From Polyangiaceae bacterium (GTDB lineage: Bacteria > Myxococcota_A > Polyangia > Polyangiales > Polyangiaceae), in contig CBDCTZ010000012.1 in NCBI GenBank assembly GCA_965222375.1, positions 672,001 to 736,000 of the forward strand: 64,000 bases of DNA, given 5' to 3'. The translations under genes were made by a program, and so were the position numbers. The notes beneath the pieces are model-generated. The model ran no database searches. It worked only from the letters and a program-made list of their open reading frames with translations, and was not told the DNA's origin. Shown one piece after another: positions 38,783 to 48,580 of this stretch (its first letter is position 1; the number at the start of each line of letters is the position of its first letter).

Positions 38783-39144
38783 TCCTTTTTGTGCCGCTCA
38801 ATCTCTTTGAGCAGCGCGATGGGAGAAAAGGGCTTCGTGTAGTAGGCGTTCGCACCCGCTTGCGCGGCGCGAGCCCGGGACTCGGAATCGTCCAGGGCGC
38901 TGATGATGACCACTGGAACGGTTCGAGTTGACGGGTCCGTGCGCAGCCTCTGGCACACCTCGAACCCATCGTATTGGCCCGGCAACATCAGGTCCAACAG
39001 GACGAGGTCCGGAGGGTCGGTCGTTGCGACATCAATGGCCTTTGCCCCGTTTGCGACGGCAGTGACGGCGTAGCCGCGGGCTTGGACCAGAGCTTCGATC
39101 ATCCGGCGGATCGAATCCTGATCCTCGACGACCAAAATGCGCAT
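38779..39144 (-). CDS. Single-domain response regulator (CheY-like)
   Basis: RILVVED, DLVLLDLMLP, ISA, TKPF; start may be 39144-39156. Confidence 0.9.
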   Translation of the reverse strand: MRILVVEDQDSIRRMIEALVQARGYAVTAVANGAKAIDVATTDPPDLVLLDLMLPGQYDGFEVCQRLRTDPSTRTVPVVIISALDDSESRARAAQAGANAYYTKPFSPIALLKEIERHKKD

Positions 39145-39225
39145 GGGCCGCATCATAGCCGATCCGGTGGACATTCCCATTTTTGAGCGGGTGGTGCTGG
39201 CGGATGGTCGAGGCAAAAATAGCTG

Positions 39226-40563
39226 TCAAATGCGAAGAATTAGCGCTGAGGTGCCCCCGTAATCCCCACAGCTAAGTCGGCCTCCCAACAGCCCAGCGGC
39301 AGACTGCCCAACCAAGAGCGCCACACCATCGGGACGCCCCACAGAGCTGGGGTCGATTCGGCGTCGCAGAAAATCTTCCCTGGACGGCTCTGGGACAAGG
39401 GGGCCACCGTCACAGACCGTGAGCTCGAGAGGCAGCTCTGCCGACAGGCGGACTCGAACGGTCGCGTCCCGGGGCGACGCAGATATGGCGTGGTCCAAAA
39501 GCGCGTGCACGACGGTGCGGAGCACACCTTCCCGGGTTTCGAAGCGCAGCACCTCCGGAAGCCCCACGTCGATGCGCACACCTCGGCGGGCGGCACGTGC
39601 TTCGTGCTCTCCGATCACGCGCTTGATCGTCTCTACGACATCTACGTGGCTGTCCTCTTCGTCCAAGGGGCAAGCCGCGACGTGGCTAAGTTCGGCCACG
39701 ACATCCCCGGCGGCGGCTAGACGCTTCGTGATGCGCTCGTTGGAGCCGGGCTCGGTGAGATCGGACTTGACGCCGTCCAGCCAGCCTCCCAGTTGGCGCT
39801 CCATGGCCGTGATGGCACCGACCAGCGCTTCGAGGGTGGGGCCGGCTTCACCGGCCTCCGGAGGTGGCGGAGGAGCCGAGGTGAGCGTGCCGGAGGAAAA
39901 AACTTGAGCGAGTTCTCGGGCGTAGGCCTCGCCGAGTTGCTGTGCCTGCTCCAGTTCACGCTTCAGTTCTGCGACCTCGTTGCCAGCGTCGTCCGCGGGC
40001 AGCCACATCACCTGAAGGCCGCCTTCTAGTTCCAGTCGTCCTCCATGCCTGGTCGCCATGCGCGATAGCCACCGCCGTTCCATGGCTGCAGTCGGAGATC
40101 GGTCTGGGCCCAAGTCCACACTGACTTTCACCCAGTCCCCGTGGCGGCGGATTTCGACGTCCGATGCGCCGGCACTGCCTGAGGCGCCGGAAGCGTTGGT
40201 TTGACTGACAAGGAGGTGGAGCATGCGCCTCATCTCGCCCTCTTCACCCATGACCTCGACTCCGGCTCCGGGCTCCATCGCGATACGCGCGTGGGGGGCG
40301 ACTTCACACAGCAGCGCGGCGAGATCGATTCGCCCACGGCGAGCCTTGGCGGACGCATGCCCGATCTGCAGCTCACCAAGTCGATTGATGGCATCGTCGA
40401 GGGCGTCGAGACTGGTGGTGACTTCGGGCTGCTTGTGTGGCTCCCCAGGAGGCGGGGGTTGGGTCAATAGGGTGACGCCCTCCCGGAGGGAGCGGGCTGC
40501 GCCCCGGGCTTCTTGAGCGAGCAGCCAAGACAGTTCTTGACGGGTGAGTCGTTCGTTCGACAC
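39226..40563 (-). CDS. Degenerate histidine-kinase-like protein with two DHp/HATPase-like units
   Basis: LLAQEAR at H-box position, IDLAALL, RHGGRLELE; second unit ALLDHAI, VCDGGP, LLGGRLSC. Confidence 0.7.
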   Translation of the reverse strand: MSNERLTRQELSWLLAQEARGAARSLREGVTLLTQPPPPGEPHKQPEVTTSLDALDDAINRLGELQIGHASAKARRGRIDLAALLCEVAPHARIAMEPGAGVEVMGEEGEMRRMLHLLVSQTNASGASGSAGASDVEIRRHGDWVKVSVDLGPDRSPTAAMERRWLSRMATRHGGRLELEGGLQVMWLPADDAGNEVAELKRELEQAQQLGEAYARELAQVFSSGTLTSAPPPPPEAGEAGPTLEALVGAITAMERQLGGWLDGVKSDLTEPGSNERITKRLAAAGDVVAELSHVAACPLDEEDSHVDVVETIKRVIGEHEARAARRGVRIDVGLPEVLRFETREGVLRTVVHALLDHAISASPRDATVRVRLSAELPLELTVCDGGPLVPEPSREDFLRRRIDPSSVGRPDGVALLVGQSAAGLLGGRLSCGDYGGTSALILRI

Positions 40564-40740
40564 TTGCCCATCGATGATGCCATGAGCCTGCGGATCCGGC
40601 TACGCTACTGTCGGCTCAGGCCAGCTCCAGTCGCTGTCTGGGCCGGGGCCCGTCTGCCCCGGGGCTTTTGCTGCAGGAATCTCCACAAAAGCCACCCAAG
40701 GCGCGGGCCCGGCTCGGGCGCCTGGGCTAGGATGCCCGCG

Positions 40741-42882
40741 ATGCGCCGCGCCATCCTTGCCGCAGTGATTGCGCTCGCCGCAATGGCGCTGGTGCGCTGT
40801 GACTCCAGTGTGGACAGCCCCTTCGCTCCGCCTCCGGATGCGGATGGGGGAAGCGAAACCGGGCCCGGCGTGGATGCAGAAGGTGACGCTGACCCCACGG
40901 TGGGTGGTCCCTGCGTTGACGACAGCCAATGTGACGACGAAGTGGACTGCACCTTCGATGCGTGTGACCAGGACATAGCCCGCTGTCGTCACAACCCGGA
41001 CCCGACTCAGTGCAAGAACGGCGTCTACTGCGATGGCGTTGAGATCTGCGACCCGCAGTTGGGGTGTCGCCCCGGGGAGCCCATTGCGTGCAGTGACAAG
41101 ACAACCTGCACCATAGATACCTGCGTCGAGCAAACCCAGACCTGCACTCACGTCAGTCGGGACGCCGACGGGGATGGAGACGCAGACTGGGGCTGCGGCG
41201 GCACGGACTGCAACGACACGGATCCGAATGTCGCGGGAACGATGTCGGAGCTGTGCGGCAACCAGGTTGACGACAACTGCGATACGGCTGTCGACGAGGT
41301 TTCCTGCATCAATCCGAAGCACGACAACTGCCTCGACCCTCTGGAGGTCACGAAGAGTGGCCAGTTCAGCATGAGCTTCGACGGGCTGAGCAGTGACTAC
41401 AGCGCGAGCTGCCTTGCCCCGACCGGCACGTACCGGGACGGCGTCGTCGCCGTGATCGTGCCGGGCACGACTCCTCGGGACGTTGACATCGTTGCAACGG
41501 CGTCCTCGGGTAGCGTGGCGCTTGCAAGCTTCGGTCAGTGTGGCGCCGCGTCCACCGAGCAAGGCTGTCACGCGTCTCCCACCAACGCGGGTAGCAGCAG
41601 CAGCCAGGTCGCGCGGCTTCGACTTCGCGCCCTGGCTCCCGGTGCCCATGCGATGGTGGTGTTCGCAACTCAACCAGGGGAGGTGAGCTTGAAGATCCGC
41701 TACCTGCCCGCTTCGACCAAACCCACCAACGAGACCTGCGGTACCGCGGCGAAACTGACTCCGGGGGTCAACCAATTGGTCAGCATCGTCGACGCCACTG
41801 ACGATCTGCCGAGTCAGTGCCCGAAGAACACGGGAGAATTGGTGTTCAGCGTCGACCTGGCCAGTGCCAAGGACGTGCACGCCTATGCGGTTTCCAAGGA
41901 TGGCATTGGCCAGCCCGCCGTGGCCATATGGCAATCACCCTGCGGGCCCGTCGCGGGTGAACTCGCGTGCAGCACTAGCAAGTTCGCTCACGCCTTCGCG
42001 CGTGCGGTTGGTCCGACTACGCTCTACGTGGCGGTGGGCGCGACCGCACCAACGGACGTCGACCTGTTGGTCTCCCTCGCGGAGCCCTCTGTCGCGCCCC
42101 CAGACGACTCTTGCGCGACTGCGCCCTCACTGCCGCCCTTCCAGAAGACGCCGGTCACGCTGGGATCTCACGTGGATGCGGCCAAGCTCGACTGCTTGGC
42201 CGGCGCGGTGGACGCAGCCTACGAGCTCAACTTGACCCAGAAGTCGGACGTCTTGCTGGTTTCTCGGATTTCCGACGAAGACAGTGCGGCGGTTGCCCTG
42301 GCCCTTCCCCCGTGCGCGGCCGCCACGGACGCGTTGGAGTGCACCACAGGGTCCCGCTCGCCGATCCGAGTGCAGCGCCACGCCCTGGCCAAGGGCAGCT
42401 ATCGCGCAGTCGTCGAAAGCGCCTCGGCCAGCCCGATGGAACTGACGGCCATGGTTCGACCCGCGACGGCACCTGTCTTCGTCGCCTTCGCTGACACCTG
42501 CGCAGACGCCGTCACCATCCCCGAGACGGGCGGCTTCTTCCAGGGCAATACGGCGAACGCTGGCGCCGACTACCCGGCAGGGTGTGACTTCGCTCCCGGC
42601 GCATCCAGCGGCGCTCCGGATCAGATGCTGAAACTGGAGCTGAGCAAGAAGAGCCGCGTGGTTTTCGACATGTTGGGCAGCGGCTACTCCACCTTGCTGA
42701 ACGTGCGGCGTGGACCGTCCTGCCCGGGAACGGAAATCCCGGACGCGTGCGCGGCTGGCTACGTCGTGGACAAGAGCTTCCTGGACTTGGTCCTCGATGC
42801 AGGCACCTATTTCGTTCAGGTGGATGGTTACAGTTCTGACGCTGGGCCATGGTTTCTCGACGTTTTCGTGGGCCCACCCTGA
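40741..42882 (+). CDS. Cys-rich lipoprotein with putative metal-binding (MopE-like) motif and PPC-like domains
   Basis: Signal + Cys; CDDxxxCTxDxC repeats; DADGDG..DCNDTDP..ELCGNQVDDNCD; repeated xxxCxxA domain starts; AGTYFVQVDGY. Confidence 0.75.
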   Translation: MRRAILAAVIALAAMALVRCDSSVDSPFAPPPDADGGSETGPGVDAEGDADPTVGGPCVDDSQCDDEVDCTFDACDQDIARCRHNPDPTQCKNGVYCDGVEICDPQLGCRPGEPIACSDKTTCTIDTCVEQTQTCTHVSRDADGDGDADWGCGGTDCNDTDPNVAGTMSELCGNQVDDNCDTAVDEVSCINPKHDNCLDPLEVTKSGQFSMSFDGLSSDYSASCLAPTGTYRDGVVAVIVPGTTPRDVDIVATASSGSVALASFGQCGAASTEQGCHASPTNAGSSSSQVARLRLRALAPGAHAMVVFATQPGEVSLKIRYLPASTKPTNETCGTAAKLTPGVNQLVSIVDATDDLPSQCPKNTGELVFSVDLASAKDVHAYAVSKDGIGQPAVAIWQSPCGPVAGELACSTSKFAHAFARAVGPTTLYVAVGATAPTDVDLLVSLAEPSVAPPDDSCATAPSLPPFQKTPVTLGSHVDAAKLDCLAGAVDAAYELNLTQKSDVLLVSRISDEDSAAVALALPPCAAATDALECTTGSRSPIRVQRHALAKGSYRAVVESASASPMELTAMVRPATAPVFVAFADTCADAVTIPETGGFFQGNTANAGADYPAGCDFAPGASSGAPDQMLKLELSKKSRVVFDMLGSGYSTLLNVRRGPSCPGTEIPDACAAGYVVDKSFLDLVLDAGTYFVQVDGYSSDAGPWFLDVFVGPP

Positions 42883-42928
42883 GCGCTGCTTGGCGGGCGA
42901 GCCGGCTTTCGTTAAAGTGCTTGAGCAA

Positions 42929-43633
42929 ATGGCGTGGACGAAATGGCCGTGGAGGCTCGTAGGGGCTGCAGTCGGGGTGATGAGCCTGGCCTGCCCTGCA
43001 ACTGCCAGTGAGGTGCAGGCTGGCGCGCTGATACCGCGCCTCGCCCCCGCCCGCGCCACGTTCATTCAGCAGCGTGCGAGCCGAGTCGTTCCGCTGGGGC
43101 TCACGCATCTGGAAAAGCAGGAGCTGGCAGCGGGAGCGATGGTGACCCGCCCGATGGAGTGGGAGCCGGCCGAGGGCGTGCGCTTCGTCGGTGGTGTCAG
43201 TTATGTCGTGGTCGATGGCCCGCCAGAGCTAGTGCTGAGGGCATTGAGCGATTACGCGAATCTCAAGCAAGTTCTGCCTCGGACCCGGCGGTCGGACGTG
43301 GTGACGCGCAACGGCAACGAAACCGTCGTCGAGTTGGAGCAAGGCACCTCTCTGGTCAGCGCAACTTATTCGGTCGTGGTGGCGCGCGACGGCAACAGGG
43401 TTCGCTTCTGGATGGACCAGACTCGTCCCCACGGTATCAAGGACACTTGGGGCTATTTTCGGGCAGAGCCCTTTGATGACAGGCGCAGCCTCGTCACGGT
43501 GGCTGCCCTGGTGGATCTCGGTCCGGGCTTGGCCCGGATGCTCTTCGAAAGCCGCGTCAAGAAGCTAGTCCTGACCACGCCAACGCGCATTCGCGCCCAC
43601 GTGGAACCGCTCAAGTTGGCAAAAAAGCAATAA
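42929..43633 (+). CDS. SRPBCC/START-like (polyketide cyclase/dehydrase fold) exported protein
   Basis: VDGPPELVLRALSDYANL..VLP motif, DTWGYFR; start re-assigned. Confidence 0.65.
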   Translation: MAWTKWPWRLVGAAVGVMSLACPATASEVQAGALIPRLAPARATFIQQRASRVVPLGLTHLEKQELAAGAMVTRPMEWEPAEGVRFVGGVSYVVVDGPPELVLRALSDYANLKQVLPRTRRSDVVTRNGNETVVELEQGTSLVSATYSVVVARDGNRVRFWMDQTRPHGIKDTWGYFRAEPFDDRRSLVTVAALVDLGPGLARMLFESRVKKLVLTTPTRIRAHVEPLKLAKKQ

Positions 43634-43727
43634 GTTCAAGCGGTTATGATTCGACGCTTGGCTCGATGAGCCTGCATTCACCGGGTACAAAGTTTCGGCA
43701 AGCTGCCGGGTCGGGGTTAAAACCGAG

Positions 43728-44663
43728 GTGATGCTTCAGCGCATCGGCGTAATCAGCGAGAACACCTACCGCGAGGCGGTACGGGCGCGCGTGCTCCACG
43801 GCTTGTTCGGACTCGCCTTGGCCACTGCCGCCTATGCTCTCATCGTCGGTCAGTTTGCGCTTCGCGACACGCTCCGGGTCGTCAGTGACCTTGGCGCCGC
43901 ATCAATCTCCTTGTATGCGATCATCGTTGCCATCGTCTTGGGCGCCACGTCGCTGTACCGCGAGTTGGAGCTCAAGACGCTGTTTCCAATTCTGGCGCGC
44001 CCGATTCGCCGCTGGGAGTATCTGATTGGCAAGTATCTAGGCACGGTGCTGACGCTGCTCGTATTCGTGGCAGCCAATGCGGGAGCACTCTTGCTCGCGC
44101 TGGCCTATCTTGCTGGTCGCCCGCTCGGGCTGGTGTTGACCGCGGGAGTTGGGTTGAGCGTCGCCTTCGTGCTGATCGGGCTGAAACGGCCGCGCATGCG
44201 GACGATGTTGCCGGTCCCGTGGGCGTTGTTGATCCTGCTTTGTGGCTACCTGCTTGCGGACGGTGCGTCCGATGATCGACGCGTCATCTTCGGTGGGGCG
44301 TTGCTGACGGTGTGTGAAGTCTGCGTCATCGCGGCAGTCGCCATGGTGTTTTCCGCGTTCTCGTCACCGTTCCTGACCGCCGTGTTGACCTTGTCGATCT
44401 TCATTGTCGGGCGTTCGGCAGACACACTGGCGCGCCTTCCCGAGCGCGTCTTTGGAGAGACGATCCACTCTCTTGGGGTGTTCTTGAGCAAGATCGTCCC
44501 AAACCTGATGCTGTATGCGCCACCGCGGCCATTGCTGACTGGGGAGGCGCCGGGCACCGGATTAGGGAGCTACGTAGCCCTCGCCGGGCTGCAGGCTACG
44601 GCTTGGGCCGTGTTTCTGCTCGCGGCTGCGAGTTTGATCTTCAGGCGTCGAGACTTCTTGTGA
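43728..44663 (+). CDS. ABC-2 type transporter permease (PilI-like)
   Basis: NTYREAVR, ELELKTLFPILARPIRRWEYLIGKYLG, multiple TMs, FRRRDF end. Confidence 0.82.
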   Translation: MMLQRIGVISENTYREAVRARVLHGLFGLALATAAYALIVGQFALRDTLRVVSDLGAASISLYAIIVAIVLGATSLYRELELKTLFPILARPIRRWEYLIGKYLGTVLTLLVFVAANAGALLLALAYLAGRPLGLVLTAGVGLSVAFVLIGLKRPRMRTMLPVPWALLILLCGYLLADGASDDRRVIFGGALLTVCEVCVIAAVAMVFSAFSSPFLTAVLTLSIFIVGRSADTLARLPERVFGETIHSLGVFLSKIVPNLMLYAPPRPLLTGEAPGTGLGSYVALAGLQATAWAVFLLAAASLIFRRRDFL

Positions 44664-44670
44664 CCGAGCG

Positions 44671-45369
44671 ATGATGCATGATCAAGCCAGAGCAAATCCG
44701 GCGGCGGTGGGAGGCCGCGTGATACGTCCTGCACAGTTCTTGAGAGCTGCCGCGGGCCTTCTGGCGAGCCTGGTGCTGGCGCTGGCCCTATTCACCCTGC
44801 GCCAGGTCTCGGATGGAGAGGCGCATCTACAGCTTTCGGATCAGGCTTTCGACCAGGACGATCTCGCTGGGGCCACGTTGCATGCTCGTCGGGCGGCGAC
44901 GGCCTTCGCCCCCGGAGCACCTCACATTAGAAAAGCGTACCGGCGCCTCGAGGCCGTGGCTGTTGGCGCCGAGGCCAACGGCCGCGACGCCGAGGCGCTG
45001 GCGGCGTGGCGTGCGGTTCGCTCGGCCGCCCTCGAGACGCGGCACCTATGGCTAGCGGCGCCACGAGAGTTGGAGCGCGCTAACGAGAACCTGGCGCGCC
45101 TTTCCAGCCTCAGCGCCGGGGCCAGCTCGAAGCAGCGGCGGGCGGCGGCGTTGCGCGCGAAGGCGGAACTCGCGCGGGACGACGCCCCGAGTGCGCGCTG
45201 GCTCATTGCGCTCAGTCTCGGCTTTTTTGCGGCCCTGGCGGGGTTGGCCTGGGTGGGCGTGCGTGGCGTTTCCAGAGATGGAAAGCTCGCCTTCGCACGG
45301 GCCAAATGGGGCGTGTTGCTCTCCGTCTTGGGGACGGCACTTTGGGCGGTGGCAGCATGGCAGGCGTAG
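44671..45369 (+). CDS. Hypothetical membrane protein
   Basis: N-terminal TM, helical soluble region, two C-terminal TMs; within operon. Confidence 0.6.
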   Translation: MMHDQARANPAAVGGRVIRPAQFLRAAAGLLASLVLALALFTLRQVSDGEAHLQLSDQAFDQDDLAGATLHARRAATAFAPGAPHIRKAYRRLEAVAVGAEANGRDAEALAAWRAVRSAALETRHLWLAAPRELERANENLARLSSLSAGASSKQRRAAALRAKAELARDDAPSARWLIALSLGFFAALAGLAWVGVRGVSRDGKLAFARAKWGVLLSVLGTALWAVAAWQA

Positions 45370-46313
45370 TCGCAAGCGAGTTGTCCCACGCGGTGCAGAG
45401 CTTCCTGGACTACCTGGCGGAGGAGCGGCGAGCCTCCCCGCATACCCTGGATGCCTACCGAAGGGACTTGGGCCAACTCAACGAATTCCTTCAAGCCAAG
45501 CGCAAGGGTGGCGTGGCGCTTTCGGACATCGACCGGCTGTTGTTGCGCAGCTACCTGGGCAGCATCGCGCAGAAGCTCTCACCGGCGAGCGTCGCGAGGA
45601 AGCTGAGCGCTCTGCGCGCTTTCTTCGCGTACCTGGAGCGGCAAGGCAAACTGTCGCAAAACCCGACGGCTTTGCTCTCGTCACCCAAGCTGGGACGAAA
45701 GCTCCCCGGCTTCTTGTCCGCAGAAGCGGCGGGCTCCGTCGTCGAGGCACCTCACGAGAGCGGCAAGAAGGAACAAAGCCACGTGTTTCGAGATAGCCTT
45801 CTTCTCGAGCTTCTTTACGGAGCGGGTTTGCGGGTCAGCGAACTCGCGCGGCTCAACACGGCGGATGTCCAGTTGGACGAAGACACCATCCGAGTGCTCG
45901 GCAAGGGGAGCAAAGAACGCATCGTGCCGTTGGGATCTAGGGCCCGGCAGGCGACGGTCGCCTACCTGCCTCATCGGTCCCAGCTCTGCCATCCCAAAAC
46001 CGGGGTCCAAGATGCCGAGGCGTTGCTCTTGGGACGCCTCGGCCGCCGCCTGGGCGTGCGTCGAATTCAAGACATAGTACAAGCCTACGGAGCGCTAGGA
46101 GCGGGGCGTGGTGATCTCCACCCCCACGCCCTCCGTCATAGCTGCGCCACGCACATGCTCGAAGGCGGCGCTGATTTGCGCGTGATTCAGGAGATGTTGG
46201 GACACGCTAGCTTGTCGACGACCCAACGCTACACCCACCTGTCCTTGGACCAGTTGCTTGGGGTATACGACCGCGCGCACCCGTTGGCGCGCAAAGCCGA
46301 AGACGATGAGTGA
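45357..46313 (+). CDS. xerC: Tyrosine recombinase XerC
   Basis: SPHTLDAYRRDL, SVARKLSALRAFF, LELLYGAGLRVSEL, GKGSKER, HPHALRHSCATHMLEGGADLRVIQEMLGHASLSTTQRYTH. Confidence 0.9.
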   Translation: MAGVVASELSHAVQSFLDYLAEERRASPHTLDAYRRDLGQLNEFLQAKRKGGVALSDIDRLLLRSYLGSIAQKLSPASVARKLSALRAFFAYLERQGKLSQNPTALLSSPKLGRKLPGFLSAEAAGSVVEAPHESGKKEQSHVFRDSLLLELLYGAGLRVSELARLNTADVQLDEDTIRVLGKGSKERIVPLGSRARQATVAYLPHRSQLCHPKTGVQDAEALLLGRLGRRLGVRRIQDIVQAYGALGAGRGDLHPHALRHSCATHMLEGGADLRVIQEMLGHASLSTTQRYTHLSLDQLLGVYDRAHPLARKAEDDE

Positions 46314-48543
46314 AAGTAAGTCCTCGACAGCCCGGCGGCTGATAGCCAGTGTCGCCGCGGGGAGCGCGATGGCGATCCCGGTGGCATTTCTCGACGGCCG
46401 GTTCGCCCAGAGCGCGTCGGCGGAATCCCTGAGCCTGGGGCGCCTCGGGCTGGCGGACGCCGGGGTGATCTGGCCAGCACTCGCCCTTGTTGGATTGGGA
46501 GTGGGTCTTGGCAGTTGGTTGCTGCACCCGCGGGGGGCGCCTGGTCTGCGCCGCCTGCGAGAAGGCCTTTCCAGTCTGGATGAAGCGAGTCGGGCACGAC
46601 TGGGTGCCGCGACCCTGCTGTCCGCTGTAGCCCTCGTCGCTTGGGTTTCACTGGTTGGCGTGAGTGCAACGCGTCTGCTTTCCTTCGAAGCCGACGGCGG
46701 GACCGTGGGCGCCAGCCTGGGCGCCATGGCGATCGCTTGGGCTGCGGTGTTGGGGGGAGCGGCCCTGGCTGGCGCAAGGGCTTTCGCCGACAGGTCAGCG
46801 AAACGGGTGCCGTCGGTTGGCGTCTGTTTCGGGCTGGCTGCGGCCATCGTCGTGGTGTTCTTCGGAGTCGTGATAGCGACGGGCACGACCAGTGGCAGCG
46901 GCGGTCCTTTCGCCATCTTTGGGGTATTCAAGCGGCAGGAGTTGGACCTGCGGGCGCCGGGCTTGCTGACGGCTGCGGCTGCTGCGGCCTACGCTCTGCC
47001 GGCGCTCGTCCTACGCTTGCCCGTGGCTGCGCTGGCGCTGGTGGCAGTTGCGCCCGCCGCGCTGACTTGGCGCAGCGCAGGTAGTGCATTGGAAGAGCGC
47101 CGCGTTGCCCTGGCATTGGAACGGGATGCGCCGCTCGCCAAGATGATGTTGCCTCGCCTTCGCAAGTTCACGGATCGGGACCGAGATGGATTTGCCGCGC
47201 GCTTCGGCGGCGGGGACTGCAACGACCGGGACCCCGCCATGAACCCAGGCGCTGAAGACGAGCCGGAGAACGGCGTGGACGAAGACTGCTCCGGCAGCGA
47301 CGCCAAACGGGTCGACTTCAAGAAGGCGGAAGCGCCCGCACCCAAGGATGCCGGCGAGTGGGTGGAGCAGCGCTTGCCAAAAGACTTGAACGTCCTGCTC
47401 CTCACCGTGGACACGCTGCGTTTCGACCTCGGCTACATGGGGTACAAGCGGTCGATTTCGCCAAACATCGACCGCCTGGCGAAGCAGAGCACCGTATTCG
47501 AAACCGGCTACGCGCTGGCGTCCTACACGTCGAAGAGCCTCCCCCCGATGTTGATCGGGAAGTACCCCAGCGAAACGCATCGTGGCTGGAGCCACTTCAA
47601 CCGCTTCGGAAAGGAGGACACCTTTCTACAGGAGCGCCTACAAAAGGCCGGCATCGGCACCTTGAGCGTTCAGGCCTATTGGTACTTCTTCCAGAAAGGG
47701 GTCGGTTTCGAACGGGGCTTCGACATCGTCAACTCCGAGGCTGCGCCGAAAGCCATTCAGATGGCCGGAGATCGCACCGTCAACGGCGACAAGGTGACGG
47801 ATGCGGCGATCGCCGAATTGGGCAAGCCCGAATTCCAGAACAAGCAGTTCTTCGCATGGGTTCACTACGTCGACCCACATGCAGAATACGTGCGACACGA
47901 GGGACACGACTTTGGGAAGTCCAGTCGCGACAGCTACGACAGCGAAGTCGCCTTCGTGGACGAACACGTGGGGCGATTGCTGAAGTTCGTCCAAGGCGGC
48001 CCCCTGGGCAAGAAGACCGCCATCATCTTTACCAGCGATCACGGCGAGGCATTTGGCGAACACGGTATGATCCGCCATGGATTCGAGATCTGGGAGGAAC
48101 TGGTCCGGGTCCCCTTCATCATTCACGTCCCAGGTGCAAAGCCGCGGCGCATCTCCGAGGCACGCGGCATCATCGATGTCGTGCCGACCATCCTCGACCT
48201 ACTTCGGCAGCCCCATCCAAAAGGGGAGGGCACGGATTTCATCAGTGGAAAGTCGCTGCTGTTCGACGTGATGGGCCCGCCAGGGCACAAGCCTGACAAA
48301 CGCATCGTCTTCGTAGACATGAGCGCCGGCCCCAACAATGGAGAGCGCCAAGCATTCATCGAAGGCGGCATGAAGCTCACCGCGAGCGGAGGCCGCCCCA
48401 CGGCGCTGTACGACTTGAACGCGGATCCTGCTGAGAAAAATGACCTTCTGGATGACAAGGACAAGAGCGGGCCGCTGATCGACCGCTACAAGGCTTTCCG
48501 CCGTGAACTTCGCGAAGTGAAAGTCCGGCCCACGCCGAAGTGA
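46306..48543 (+). CDS. Membrane-anchored alkaline phosphatase/sulfatase-superfamily enzyme with MopE-like motif
   Basis: Several N-terminal TMs; DRDRDGF..DCNDRDP..NGVDEDC; LLTVDTLR, ASYTSKS, HYVDPH, TSDHGE, HG. Confidence 0.82.
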   Translation: MSESKSSTARRLIASVAAGSAMAIPVAFLDGRFAQSASAESLSLGRLGLADAGVIWPALALVGLGVGLGSWLLHPRGAPGLRRLREGLSSLDEASRARLGAATLLSAVALVAWVSLVGVSATRLLSFEADGGTVGASLGAMAIAWAAVLGGAALAGARAFADRSAKRVPSVGVCFGLAAAIVVVFFGVVIATGTTSGSGGPFAIFGVFKRQELDLRAPGLLTAAAAAAYALPALVLRLPVAALALVAVAPAALTWRSAGSALEERRVALALERDAPLAKMMLPRLRKFTDRDRDGFAARFGGGDCNDRDPAMNPGAEDEPENGVDEDCSGSDAKRVDFKKAEAPAPKDAGEWVEQRLPKDLNVLLLTVDTLRFDLGYMGYKRSISPNIDRLAKQSTVFETGYALASYTSKSLPPMLIGKYPSETHRGWSHFNRFGKEDTFLQERLQKAGIGTLSVQAYWYFFQKGVGFERGFDIVNSEAAPKAIQMAGDRTVNGDKVTDAAIAELGKPEFQNKQFFAWVHYVDPHAEYVRHEGHDFGKSSRDSYDSEVAFVDEHVGRLLKFVQGGPLGKKTAIIFTSDHGEAFGEHGMIRHGFEIWEELVRVPFIIHVPGAKPRRISEARGIIDVVPTILDLLRQPHPKGEGTDFISGKSLLFDVMGPPGHKPDKRIVFVDMSAGPNNGERQAFIEGGMKLTASGGRPTALYDLNADPAEKNDLLDDKDKSGPLIDRYKAFRRELREVKVRPTPK

Positions 48544-48580
48544 GCCACACGGACCGCTGGGCGTGGTAAGTTGACAAGGC

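Noticed and set aside
40600..41934. 444-aa minus-strand ORF and similar long antisense ORFs (e.g. 31536-32537, 51225-53405, 60742-62040)
   Set aside because: High-GC shadow ORFs opposite well-supported genes, with no recognisable motifs.
45357..46313. Tyrosine recombinase as a prophage or island integrase
   Set aside because: Motifs and length fit housekeeping XerC; it overlaps chromosomal neighbours and has no phage or mobile genes nearby.
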